In this document: piece after piece, positions 36,858 through 48,395 of the stretch | How the letters are laid out: each line of letters begins with the position of its first letter | Numbering within the stretch: the stretch's first letter is position 1 | DNA from: Kudoa neothunni | Taxonomy: Eukaryota; Animalia; Cnidaria | DNA: 64,000 nucleotides | Assembly: GCA_964304625.1 (NCBI GenBank) | Contig: OZ199838.1 | Location: forward strand, 3,204,147 to 3,268,146 | Direction of reading: 5' to 3' | Position numbers and translations under genes: made by a program | The notes under the pieces: model-generated | Database searches by the model: none | What the model saw: only the letters and a program-made list of their open reading frames with translations | What the model was told of the DNA's origin: nothing

Positions 36858-39242
36858 AGTTTTGGCGTTAGTAATGGTGGTTGTGCATAATTTAAAGTCG
36901 TTTCCAACTGACTATTATTCTTATGAGCCATATCTTAAAAAGAAAACACGTTCTACTGTTTATTTTTGACAAATGGAGTTTATTTTGACAAATTAGCTTA
37001 GCTTAGCTACTTGACTTTTTCCTTTTAAGTGATGAGTGTTTAGACTCTCCTTTAATCGTTTTGTACTTAGTTAACAACACATACGTGTGCCTGAATTTGA
37101 ACAAAATTGAATGATATAATCCATGGAGAAATGTTAGATTAACAAAAGGGATCCAAAATATAAATAGCTTGACTCTGTTAGGTGGATTGATTTCGACCTA
37201 TTCAATTTTAACGTGCAATTTAAATTTAACCAAATTTTTTTGTAATAGATTTTTTTCAATTTAAAATTCTGATAAAGTGATGGATTATAACTAGATCTTA
37301 ATACATTAGAAAATTTATTTACGTTAATGGGTACTTAAAACAAGACTTTAAATTATTATTTATTATTATTATTATTATTATACTATTGAATAATGATTCT
37401 TATCGATATATTTTAAAAATATTATTTTGGATGTCCATATATTTTTAGAAATGAAAGCATAATTATTTTTCTCATTAAATAATTATTTTTATTGATACCC
37501 AATCATTGCCAGCTTATGTAACTGAAATTATGTTGGATTTATAAATAAAACAAATATATCATGTTAAAAAGGTTGTAAAAAAATTGATAGAAATAGTTTA
37601 GAATGAAACACAATTATGACAAGATCGACATAAAACTGTATCAGATAATCTACAACTTCCATATTACTAGAGTAAAAATCAATATGGCCGATTACACCAA
37701 CTAGTTCGGTGATTTAGAAAACAGAATTAAACTAATAAATAGAAAAATCTATGCCAATGATCTAAGCTATTATACAAAAAATAATTTAAACGACTACGAA
37801 ACATTGAGACTAACTAACAACAATTGGATCTATGTGAGGATTTATGACGATGGGATTGGTTATTTTTACGATCGAATTTGATGTGCGTTGGTTCATACTT
37901 CATGAACTCTTCTTCCTAAATATTATAGTTGTTCAAGATTATGGACAGTTTACAACTTACAACTTTTTCATTCATTCTAGATTTAATTGATTTTGCTAGG
38001 TAAGAAAATGCGGCTGTTACGTTTTCCCCAGTAAGAGCGCTCACATCGAAGTAATGATACCCATAAGATTCCACCATCTAAATAAATTTTTGATCAGTAG
38101 AGATAGACGTATTATTGCAATTAAAATTATTTGGGTAAGGAAAAGTTGATTATATTTTAACATGGGTCATGCTCAGACAACATTGCATTGCATTGCATTG
38201 CAGGTAGGTAGGTAGGTTAAAATTCCAGAAATGTACGTTATATCGTTTCAAATATATTTTTAAATAGCGATATCAATAGAGATAATTTGAACCTACTTTA
38301 ATTGCTTATTAGACTATTAATTTATTATTAATTGTAGATAAATAAAAGGACATGTTAAATAAATTATCAAAAATACTATTAAAGAATAACTAATAATTAG
38401 AAGTCTCTTGAACAATATGACATTTTGAAATTCAAATTTAAATATTAATTCTACAAAATATTAGATATAACTATTGGTTCTTTAAATACACGACTACAAT
38501 TATTTTTGTAAGGTGCACGATAGAATATAACCAATAAGCGAGAGATTGCGATATTAAAATAAAATCAAATTCAACACAAGGATGCTAATTAATTTTGTGT
38601 CAAAATTTAGGTTAATGATCTATCCGATTGTTACTTAATGTGCATGAAGAAAAAAATTAGTTAATATATCACGCTACAAACCTGTTTTCGTCTTGATATA
38701 TAATGGATAAATGGGAATAATTAATAAACAAACAAAAATAATCATTTAGAAACAAGCATCACAATGTTATAAGTTATAACGTGACTAATTCATAATTTTT
38801 ATCCATATTACGATAAAAATTATCGCTTTATTGAAAGTGTTATTATTAAAGATATTTCTCGAATTGATTATAGATTAATAACAAAAATTTAATTATTTTT
38901 TGATTAAAATGCATAAATAAAAACGGCATTTTTTAAGAATCTAATACATCATTGAATTCTTCAAACTGATTTTTAACTTTTAAAAGTCTTTTTGAGAAAA
39001 GCTAATGATATTATTCAGTTCATCCAAATTATTGTTAATTTAAAAATACACTAAGTTCGACAATCTATCTTATTGAAATAAATTAATTTAAATTGTTAAA
39101 ACTACTAGAATAAAATAATGCGATTAGTTATCAACGATAAACAATATATTGAAGTTGTTAATAACTCGGACACAAGTTTTTCCTTATGCTCACTATATCC
39201 GTTATTTAATGTATCTAGCAGTTATTTGGATGAAGCGAGCAA

Positions 39243-39263
39243 GAGAGAGAGAGAGAGAGAGAG
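39243..39263. repeat. (GA)n microsatellite
   Basis: About 10 GA units. Confidence 0.85.
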
Positions 39264-39829
39264 TAATTCTCTTATGAAAACGTCTTTAAAAGTCGAAGGA
39301 AATGTCGTATATTCATCAATATATATGTTGGACCGCAGATGACGCGTTTCGTCACACTAACAAAATAGATTGTAGTCTTTTTTTAAATTAAAAAATCACA
39401 AGACATACGGCATAATATAAAATATTTAATGTAAAAGAATGTTATAAGAACATACTATTAAATGATAATTGTTAATAAAATTATGAAAACACATTCAATT
39501 AACTCCTAGGTTATAAAATGTAATTTAATTTTATGCAAAGAAATATATCAATGGTAAAAAATCAATAATTATTCTCATTCTCTTCCTGATAAATAGAAAA
39601 TATTAATTTCAATTTAAAATCCAATAAAATAAGCACTAGATTTTTATAAAATAGAATAAATCCTGCTTATTTGTTAAAAGAAAGCAGTTAATTGTAAAAA
39701 TACCTATGATTTAGAATGATGAATAGAAAAATATATTTATTTAAGAAATACCAAAACTATAGTTTAACTCGGATTTATTCATATAATTTTGAAGAACTGA
39801 AACAATTCTTACATCTCCACTCCTACAAT

Positions 39830-41803
39830 TTTATAAAACAAATGTAAAAAGACAGAAAAAAGCCGGGAGATTTCATTATCAATAGATACTCGTGCGCTGC
39901 AACATAATAAAGTTATTCCATGCGGACAATGAACAACTTGTACACATGGAATAGATTGTGTTATACGAATCTTTTCGAATGAATCAAGAAAAATATAATT
40001 ACTTCCTTAGCTGTCTCATAAGTCACTTCCCTTCCAGATTTCGAATCTGCTTTATTTCCAATGACAATGATATCTACATCTTTATTAGCATTCTAATAAA
40101 AATCCAAATATTACACCCGAACTATGTAAAAAATTAAATGTTACTTCTCTGACTCGTTGTAGCCAATCTCTAACATCGTGGTACGACGTCTTGTTTGTCA
40201 CATCGAATACAATAATAACACCCTATAAACGTGAAGAAGAATCGTATTAGCGTGTTCTAATGACGGTGTTTGCATCCGAAACCGGATAAGCGGCAATCAA
40301 AACCGAGTATGTAGCATGTAGCAATCACGCAATTATACTGTCAAGAAAAGTCAACTGTTTAAACACCAGAAAAGTTCATGCATGCGAACTTATGGACTAT
40401 AAAGGCAGGAATTGGAAGAAAGTTTCTTCAGATTTAGTCATTTCGAGGCCACCCTTGAATTATCCGATTGAAACATACAGCGTTACAAAAAATTCCAAAA
40501 AACAACTCGTGGCGGATATAGCAACGTTGTTTTAACACACAAACTTAAGGACACCCGTTTCAAACTGTTGGAGGATGATTGCACTCCAACCATAGAATGC
40601 ATAATTCAAAAATTGGGGATTAATGTTCACATTTCAACTGTGTGAGGATGACTCAAAAAAAATGAATTATTCTTATAGATTGTGGGCTCATTCCCTCTTA
40701 AAAGAATCGGTCTCTCTATTAAGGAAGAAAGATACAAAACACTAGCTATCTAGCTATGGAAATCTATTATTCCTTCACAAAAGTTCATTTCCATCCGCAT
40801 AACAAATAATAATGGTCATGCTTTAAATGGAGGAACTCCAAATGTGTAAAGTGCAAAACTGTGGAAAATTAAACATGACAAAGATTCTCGTTATTAGTGT
40901 AGTTAATGCTGTCTATTGTGAGGTTGTGCTTGGCAGTTTATATGGAAGCGCATTTAAAAATTTGTGTATCTACGCTCTTAGATTTTTCTAACGATGACAA
41001 AATCAAAGTTTAGAAGAAATTTTCCAACACAAAGTAGGGATAAAGAATGCATTAATGGAAATAATTACTCTAAAAACTCGCATACATTATTTAATCAACG
41101 AATTTCACTCGTTGACATTAGAGTTTCTACGTGTGCCATGTCACACGCGTGATATGGCGTGAAATGCATCACGTATCACGCCTTTTAGAAACTCTAGTAG
41201 ACACCCACCACGAATACCCCACTTAAAGTTGTCCCAATCATGTACAAAATATTTTTATCGATATAAATTTTTCCATTATTACTTAACAAAAATAATGGGC
41301 AAGCCTATGACAAACAATAGTCGATAACGCGGTTTCGATTGTCATTAGTCCGGTGTGGGATGCACAAACAGGTAGCTTTTTATTACCATAGCACCCCTAT
41401 AATACGCTGTGGTGATGGTTCGAAACCGTTCTTGTCCAGCAGTATCCCTAAGCAGTTGAATGATTGATAAATAGATTGATTGATTAATTTATATATTTAT
41501 TTATTTGTTGATAAATTGACTAATTCCACATCAAATAAAGTTACCATATTTGTAGTTTGATTGCTTTGTCATCGATACGGATGCACTTCGTCTTGAAGTC
41601 AATACCTACACAAATCACCAAGTTAGATTATAAAATTTAATAAAAATGGCCGTCAATGCTCCAGCCACACAATCTTTACCTATAGTAGAAATAAATGACG
41701 AGGAAAAATTTTCTTCGCAAAATCTGTACAAAATACACGTCTTCCCGACGTTGCTATTGCCAATAATAAGAATTTTAAATAGATAGTCATAGGTGTCCTT
41801 CAT
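39830..41803 (-). CDS. Rab8/Rab10/Rab13-like small GTPase (3' end uncertain)
   Basis: [64 protein letters not shown], and a probable G5 region [11 protein letters not shown] near 39890. The last-exon frame and prenylation motif are not resolved. Confidence 0.85.
40263..41372 (+). mobile_element. Decayed Tc1/mariner element in Rab intron 3
   Basis: Termini GTTTGCATCCGAAACCGGA... and ...TCCGGTGTGGGATGCACAAACAGG|TA resemble the 29198 element. The internal sequence also resembles it. Confidence 0.7.
41119..41196. mobile_element. 78-bp minimal hAT-type element
   Basis: Perfect 11-bp TIR TAGAGTTTCTA ... TAGAAACTCTA. 8-bp TSD GTTGACAT/GTAGACAC (6/8). Confidence 0.7.
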
Positions 41804-42457
41804 TGGAAAATCGTAACACAAACACACTCAATCAAATAGGAAAACTATCAAATAAACACAACTTCAAACTTTCCAGAGGGATTTTATCTCAACAAATAAT
41901 AAATCTACTGGTTGGTGACTGATGAGGGATCGCGAATAGTGGAATTAGTGTAAATATGCGAATAGTGTCGATAACATATTGGTTTTATCACTTCAGTCAT
42001 ACCGTCCAAGTTATTAATTTTAAATAGTTTAAGGGATCGGAGAAATTATACATTAAGTAGTTTATAGTTGGAATTAGTTAGTTTTCGGGCATTTGATCTG
42101 CCCTAAACTCTGTCGTACATTCCAAATCTGAATTAAACACCTTTTATTATATATATTTCGAATTAACACTAACATCTCAGAATATTGTATAATATTCTAT
42201 CAACTATAATGTAGTTTTATAGATGGGATTTTTGAATTTAAATCCACCCCATCTGTTGAGAGTGTTCATAAACGCACGCGCGGCACATGGATAGCCCGTC
42301 CTTCAGTAACATTAACAAATTAATCGCGCGCATCCCTTAAAACCAACAACGTGATTTGAATTTTTATTGCGGAACCATCGATTGGAATTTGTGTAATTAT
42401 ATTCAAACATACAAAATAATTAATAAAAACTAAAAACCGCACCTATCTAGTCATATA
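41804..42457. promoter_or_regulatory. Probable bidirectional promoter region (Rab / TOM40)
   Basis: Head-to-head start codons 654 bp apart, with CpG-rich motifs (CGCACGCGCGGC, CGCGCGC) in an AT-rich background. Confidence 0.4.
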
Positions 42458-43642
42458 ATGACACTAGAACCAGGAGATACCACCAGATCGGCTGCACCAG
42501 TCAATCCATATTCTATGCAACATCAACGTATACCTCCTAAAGAGGTGATTCTTGAAACCCAAAAGTTTGTTAGAGATAATCCTGGTGCTTTTGAAGACTT
42601 GCATCGATGTGTTAGGGGTGTGTTTGGCTAGAAAGCAAATATCATCGTGGAATCTATTACTATTTATGTATTTTAGATGTGTCACCATTGCATTTTGAAG
42701 GAATTAGAATAATGTTTAATCGAGGACTTAGTCAATATTTCCAGTCAACCCACACGTTACTTCTAAACGATGTTCGATCGGGGAAATACACCTTTGGTGC
42801 CACCTATGTTGGTGAGAAGGAAGTACGAGCTCAGGAAGTAGGATTTTTGATGGTACTCATCAATAATCTAATATGATTGTATCGTTAGTTGAGCCCGCTA
42901 TTGATGGCCGAAATGGATTCACAATCTAACCTCAATTTTCAAGCATTTCACAATTTTTCTAAACGATTCAAAACAAGAGCTGTACTACAAGTAGATGATG
43001 ATTTTATAAGCTGTTTATGTGAAATGGGTTGCTTAGACGCAAAAAAATGCTTGGTCCACCACTCAACTAGATGCCACTTACTACGGGGATAGATTTACTA
43101 CGCAAAATGCACTTATCAACTTCGACCCTAAAACTGCCTCCGGAATATTCGTTTCATCGTATCTACGTCGTTTACATCCAAATTTTGATGCTGGAGGTGA
43201 ATTTTTTTACCAACGAGCCCCCGGAGGCACACAACAATTTGCCTACGCTACATTGTGCGCCCGCTTAAGAGGTGGAACCAACCCCTTCGCTAAACCATCC
43301 GCTATTGGTATCGCCTATCCTTCACCCAAATGGACTGCTGCAATGAGTGCTAGTATTGTCGGCTGGCATCTATCCTATCATAGAAATTGCTCGGAACATC
43401 TTCAAGTCGGCGTCGACTATGAATTCAACCGAACAGTCGAATCCAGTGATGTGTCTTTCAACTATGCTGTCGATATACCCAAAAATGGATTCCACTTTAA
43501 AGGATCCATCAGTGCCAGTGGTGTGGCCAGCAGTGTCACTGAGGTCCGAATGCAAAATCTGCCTTTTGCGATTCTCTTCTCCGCTGTCATCAACTGTGTC
43601 ACTCATGCTACTTCGGTGGGAATTGGTATAAATTTCGGTTAG
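42458..43642 (+). CDS. TOMM40: Mitochondrial import channel TOM40, 4 exons
   Basis: NPGAFEDLHR, FEGIRIMFNRGLSQYFQSTH, YTFGATYVG, GIFVSSYL, HLSYHRNCSEHLQVGVDYE, C-terminal VGIGINFG*. Three GT-AG introns splice in frame. Confidence 0.93.
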
Positions 43643-44308
43643 GAACAGATTCTATTCTTTGTTCTATTGATATCTAGTGTCTAGTGTTTTGAATTTTGAT
43701 TTTTTTATTTAAATTTAAAATAAAATTAGCACCAGTTGATTGCAATAGAATAAACAACAGATTTATTTTTAATTCTTAATTTAGCTAGACTTATTTTTAA
43801 CATACCAAATAATTGTATTGATTATGTATTTTCGCGGTTATTGCTTGTTCTGTGCTGCTACCTAGAGAGTTTAGAATTTATTCGATTAAACATTATCAAA
43901 TTAATATTAGAATATTGTAAAAATATAGAATTATTTGCAAATAATTATTGGCTTGAAGTCTTTAGAATTTTAGGTATATAGATAATTATTAATTTTATGG
44001 TAAATTATTATATTTAATTCTTGATTTCATAAACGAATGTTTTTAATAGTTTTATTCACGTGGTTAATTCTGAGTTAAAAAATTATACTACATAATTTCG
44101 CTCAATATAATCTATTTATTGATTGTTATTATTATCGAAGTTAAATGTAAATACAAAACACTCTAGGTCTTTGGCTTGGTTCTGCGACCATTAATGATTA
44201 AGGGATATGTACCGTATTTTTAATTAACTCGCATTAGCTTTATTCTTTTTCATTATACGTTTGAATCGGTTGAATTGTTATATTGTTTATAATAAAAAAA
44301 TGTTTTAT

Positions 44309-47120
44309 CTAAAACGTGGTTATTGGATATAGTTCTGGGGGAATTATGGGTAAACTGTCGAATTCACTGTTATCCAAATAAATTATAATCAAATCCTAAT
44401 AAGATTACATTCATTTACTTGATTATTTTAAATAATTAAATTACTCAACTAGTAAAATTATTGAATAACAACATGTACTGCTGCCCAAAGAAACAGATGT
44501 TTAAAGTCAATTCCCAGTATATTTATCATTCAATTTGAAGATTTCTTTTTGATGATATAAATAAAAAAGTTGTTTTTTATATTGTGATTCGATGGAAATT
44601 TTGATTGATAATAAAATCAAAAATCGTATCATTAACATATTTTTATCTATAGGTATTGATAAAAATAAATAATCTATTGTAGTTTAACTGACTTTTTTGG
44701 ATTCAGTGCACAGAGTATAAGTATATTTTTGATAACTATATATATATATATATATATATAGTTCTCTTTGTGTTGTATCTCCATTTTATGATGATTAAGA
44801 CGTTTTCCCTGATTATGTGTTAAATTTATAAATAAATTTGTGTAAAATTACTAGTGGACCTTTTACAATCCTTCTAGCTCATTTGAAGAACAGTAATATT
44901 TAGCAAATGTAAATAAAATTTGAAAATTTATTGTAATTATTTGTGTCACGAATAATTATAACTTGGCGTCAAATTTGTAAACCAAAGTAAAAACAATATT
45001 TATGTAACTAAAAATATTTTAAAAATAGAAATTCATCAACTATTTTTAATTTTTTTATAGACAATTAGTTATCAAACATTAAGTTAATAAGCTAAGACCA
45101 ACGGTTCTTTAACTGGGCTCAATCAACCCCCACAGTTTTCGGCGAACGAGATCTGGGGGGACAATGAAGATATATTTCATCTATTTATTCTTATTTTGGA
45201 TTGTTTTATATAACTTTACATTAAAAATTTAACATGTTAGGGATTTTACAATTACAAAATTATAGGATTAGTTTTCTAATAAAATGTGTATATAATGTAT
45301 GAACAGCTCGCGCCACTAACTTACCTTTCTAAACACAGCATTATTGCTAATAAAGAAGTCAATGTACATGAATCATTTTCCGTGTTATTTTATTTTGTCA
45401 CTGTGAAATCATCGTTGGAATTATTGGGCCTTTTATATATGGATTTAAAAAGGAAATGATCGGACGAATTTAAAAATACTGATTCACGTTTCACGACCAA
45501 ATGTGGCTTAAATCAATGCTTACGATTGATAATTTTTGCTTCGATACTTCGCGATTCTAGTTTATTTCAAGCAAAACTAAAAGAATATTTTAAAAAATGC
45601 ATGAAGATTAAATATATAAGAACATTAATTTTACTGAGTTCGTTAAAACCGAGCTAAGTATGATGAAAAGTGTACCCTACTCATTTTAAACTTTATTTTA
45701 TTAACGAAAATATATTTAAAAAATATGAAGTTTCATATTTAATTACAAGACAGGGAAGTACATAACATTGGCAAAACACTTGTGAAACCTAGGGCGTTGA
45801 AAAGTTGAAGATGGCCAAAGTCATATTACGAAAATCTGAAGAAAATGAGTTACTTAAATTTTCCATGTCAAATAATACTGCAAATCCAATAAAAATTTTG
45901 TCCTCAACTGGACAAGACGACTGTTTTTCAAATATAAGCCAGCTAATTGTATTAGTTTGCCTTTTAAAAATGACGTGATCCCTGATGAATTATTATTTTT
46001 TAAACCACCAAAAAACAAATAAATTTATGAACGTTTTTTAAGCCACCAACCTTTCGTGAGATATAATTTTAGCTATTTGTGTTGACGGAACCTCAACTAT
46101 TTTGCTAATATGAAATTGTGGTCTTTCTGCACTTGTAAAATTGAACTTTTCTTATTTTACCGTTACAAATTTTATTATACGTAAGTATGGGTCGATAGAA
46201 AAGAATATACCACAAAGGTTGGCAAATTCTAAAAAAATTGTGATTAAATGTGTTAATTACGTGAGCGGAAGTGTTATTAACTACCTATTAGGTATTGGAC
46301 GCATACCTTTTCAATATATGGATTAGCGATATCCGGTAACTACATTTTACCAAGGCACAACTGGTGCGCTCTATTATTGGTCAGTTAGTGTTGGTCATTT
46401 GATAGCGCATGTTACGCCAGGCCTTCTTAGACATAACACTACCTTTATTATATAAACTATGTTGTGTAATAGGTTCTAAATTTTAAAAGCACTTATATAA
46501 TTTTAGTATACGATGACTATCCCGTGGAAAAGTGTTAAATCTTTTTTTGCAATGGAAGCGGAGTTAGCGATTATCTTGTGAGAGTACAATCATTGCAATG
46601 CGAAAAATTTCGATAAGGTCGATTTTTTTCTTATTTCAATGTACGTAACTAGTATTTTTGTTTCCTCTATTGTCTAAATTATAATGAACAAGGAGACAGA
46701 GTGACATAATTATCGATAAAAGACTGAAAGTATCACGAATAAAATTCTTTATGAAAGCTACGGATGATGATTGACAGTTATACAATCCTTCTACCATTGA
46801 GAGAAATTTGTAATGTTTCCGATAATTCAAGAACTAAATTCATATTCATACTAAATGGGCTGAAACTAACAATTCTAACGCATTTAGATGCATTACTTAA
46901 ATTTCTCGATAAGCACCATTTGTCGAAAAAGTTATACCTCGAGTGTTTAAAAAACCATTTAATTAAAATTTTTCGATGAATAATTCTAATTAAAAAAATA
47001 TTGACAAAAATCTTGAAATTCAATAAATTTTAGTGCAACGAGGACTTTTTAAAAAGACATCATTTACAATTCTCTGGTGCCACAGAAACGAATGATACTC
47101 CCTTATTTCTAGAGGCTCTG
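44309..47120 (+). repeat. Segmental duplication, copy 1 (copy 2 at 57767-64000)
   Basis: Colinear sequence starting CTAAAACGTGGTTATTGGATATAG, roughly 85-95% identical by eye. It includes non-TE flank and most of a hAT relic. Confidence 0.95.
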
Positions 47121-47475
47121 AAGGTATTTATAATTTTTGCCATTGGTTCCAACATATCCTTGCGAACATTTTTTTGAGATTAATCCGCCTCAAGTATGAG
47201 GCAAGTACAAAAATTTCCTGTGAAAGCGATATGCGAATACATTCCATGACAATGTCGCTTATTTCACATTAATCTCTAAAAACAATAACGGAAATCTCGT
47301 TGATAATAAATATTTTTAGATTTTGTATTGATATTTTATTTTGTTGACCTGCCATTTTTTCAAGAATAATTCTTTATTCTTTAAGTAACTGAAAATATTA
47401 TTTTCCAAAATTAAATTAACAAAACATTTACACAACGGTAATTTTAGATACATTTTAAAAGGTTAAGAACCAGTG
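45099..47475 (+). mobile_element. Decayed hAT (Buster/GTF2IRD2-like) transposon
   Basis: Ends CAACGGTTCTTTAAC ... GTTAAGAACCAGTG. Fragmented transposase-like segments (e.g. ICVDGT, KCVNYV). Confidence 0.65.
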
Positions 47476-48395
47476 AAATAGACTCATGCTTTTTAAGACT
47501 AAAATTTTGTCTATAATCGACGAAATTATAAATTTTAGTAGGAATTAATATGTTCACTATTTTTCTCTAATCATATAATTGAATTATGTGGTGGAAAATG
47601 AAAATTGTGAGATAAATTAAAAGTAAGAGAATCGTATAGCATCAATTTTTGTAAAATGAATTTATTTGTCCTCCCCCAAAATTCTATTATAAAAATTATC
47701 ACTAAATCAAAGAATAAATGGGGGCTAGTACTCTTTTTGAAATACAACTTACCTCATTTTTCGATAAAATTATTGTGATAATCAAGAAGAAAGGGGGTTG
47801 GAAAAAGTTAATTTTATAATAATATAGAATAAAAATTGAATTTTTCGCATTCTTTTATTTTGGACCTTTATCTAAAAGGCCAAACTAGTACAAATATATA
47901 GGAAATAAAAATAATTCAATTTTGTCAAGGTTTAAATTATATTTGTATACTTAAACTTAATTTAGTGATCATTTTGTATAAAATTTGACTTAAATTCCTA
48001 AACTGCAAAGATACAAGAGTCATTTCAGTTATAATTAAAACAGGCATTTAATAAGCAAAATATTAATTATTCAATGGGGGATTTTATGATACACATTGAT
48101 TCTTTAATGTTAATGCATTGATCGAACAATTCATCTCATATTTAATTACTGAATGGTTTACTCTACTCATTGTTATTAGTTTTGTTGTTATTATCACATC
48201 ATACTTAACTAGTACAATAAACTCATAATTTCCAAAGATTATTTAAGCAAAAATTATATCGTTAATTTCCTATTCAACTACTCTTTAATAATTAAATATT
48301 ATAATATTATTTACATAATAAACTTAAATATAATTGAATAAACCTATTTAAATAAGTGTATCGACAACTTCCGTGAGTAAATTAAACCAGCTACG

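Noticed and set aside
37680-37880. Coding-like stretch FGDLENRIKLINRK...WIYVRIYDDGIGYF
   Set aside because: There is an in-frame stop after the nearest ATG, no family is recognised, and I could not build a splice model.
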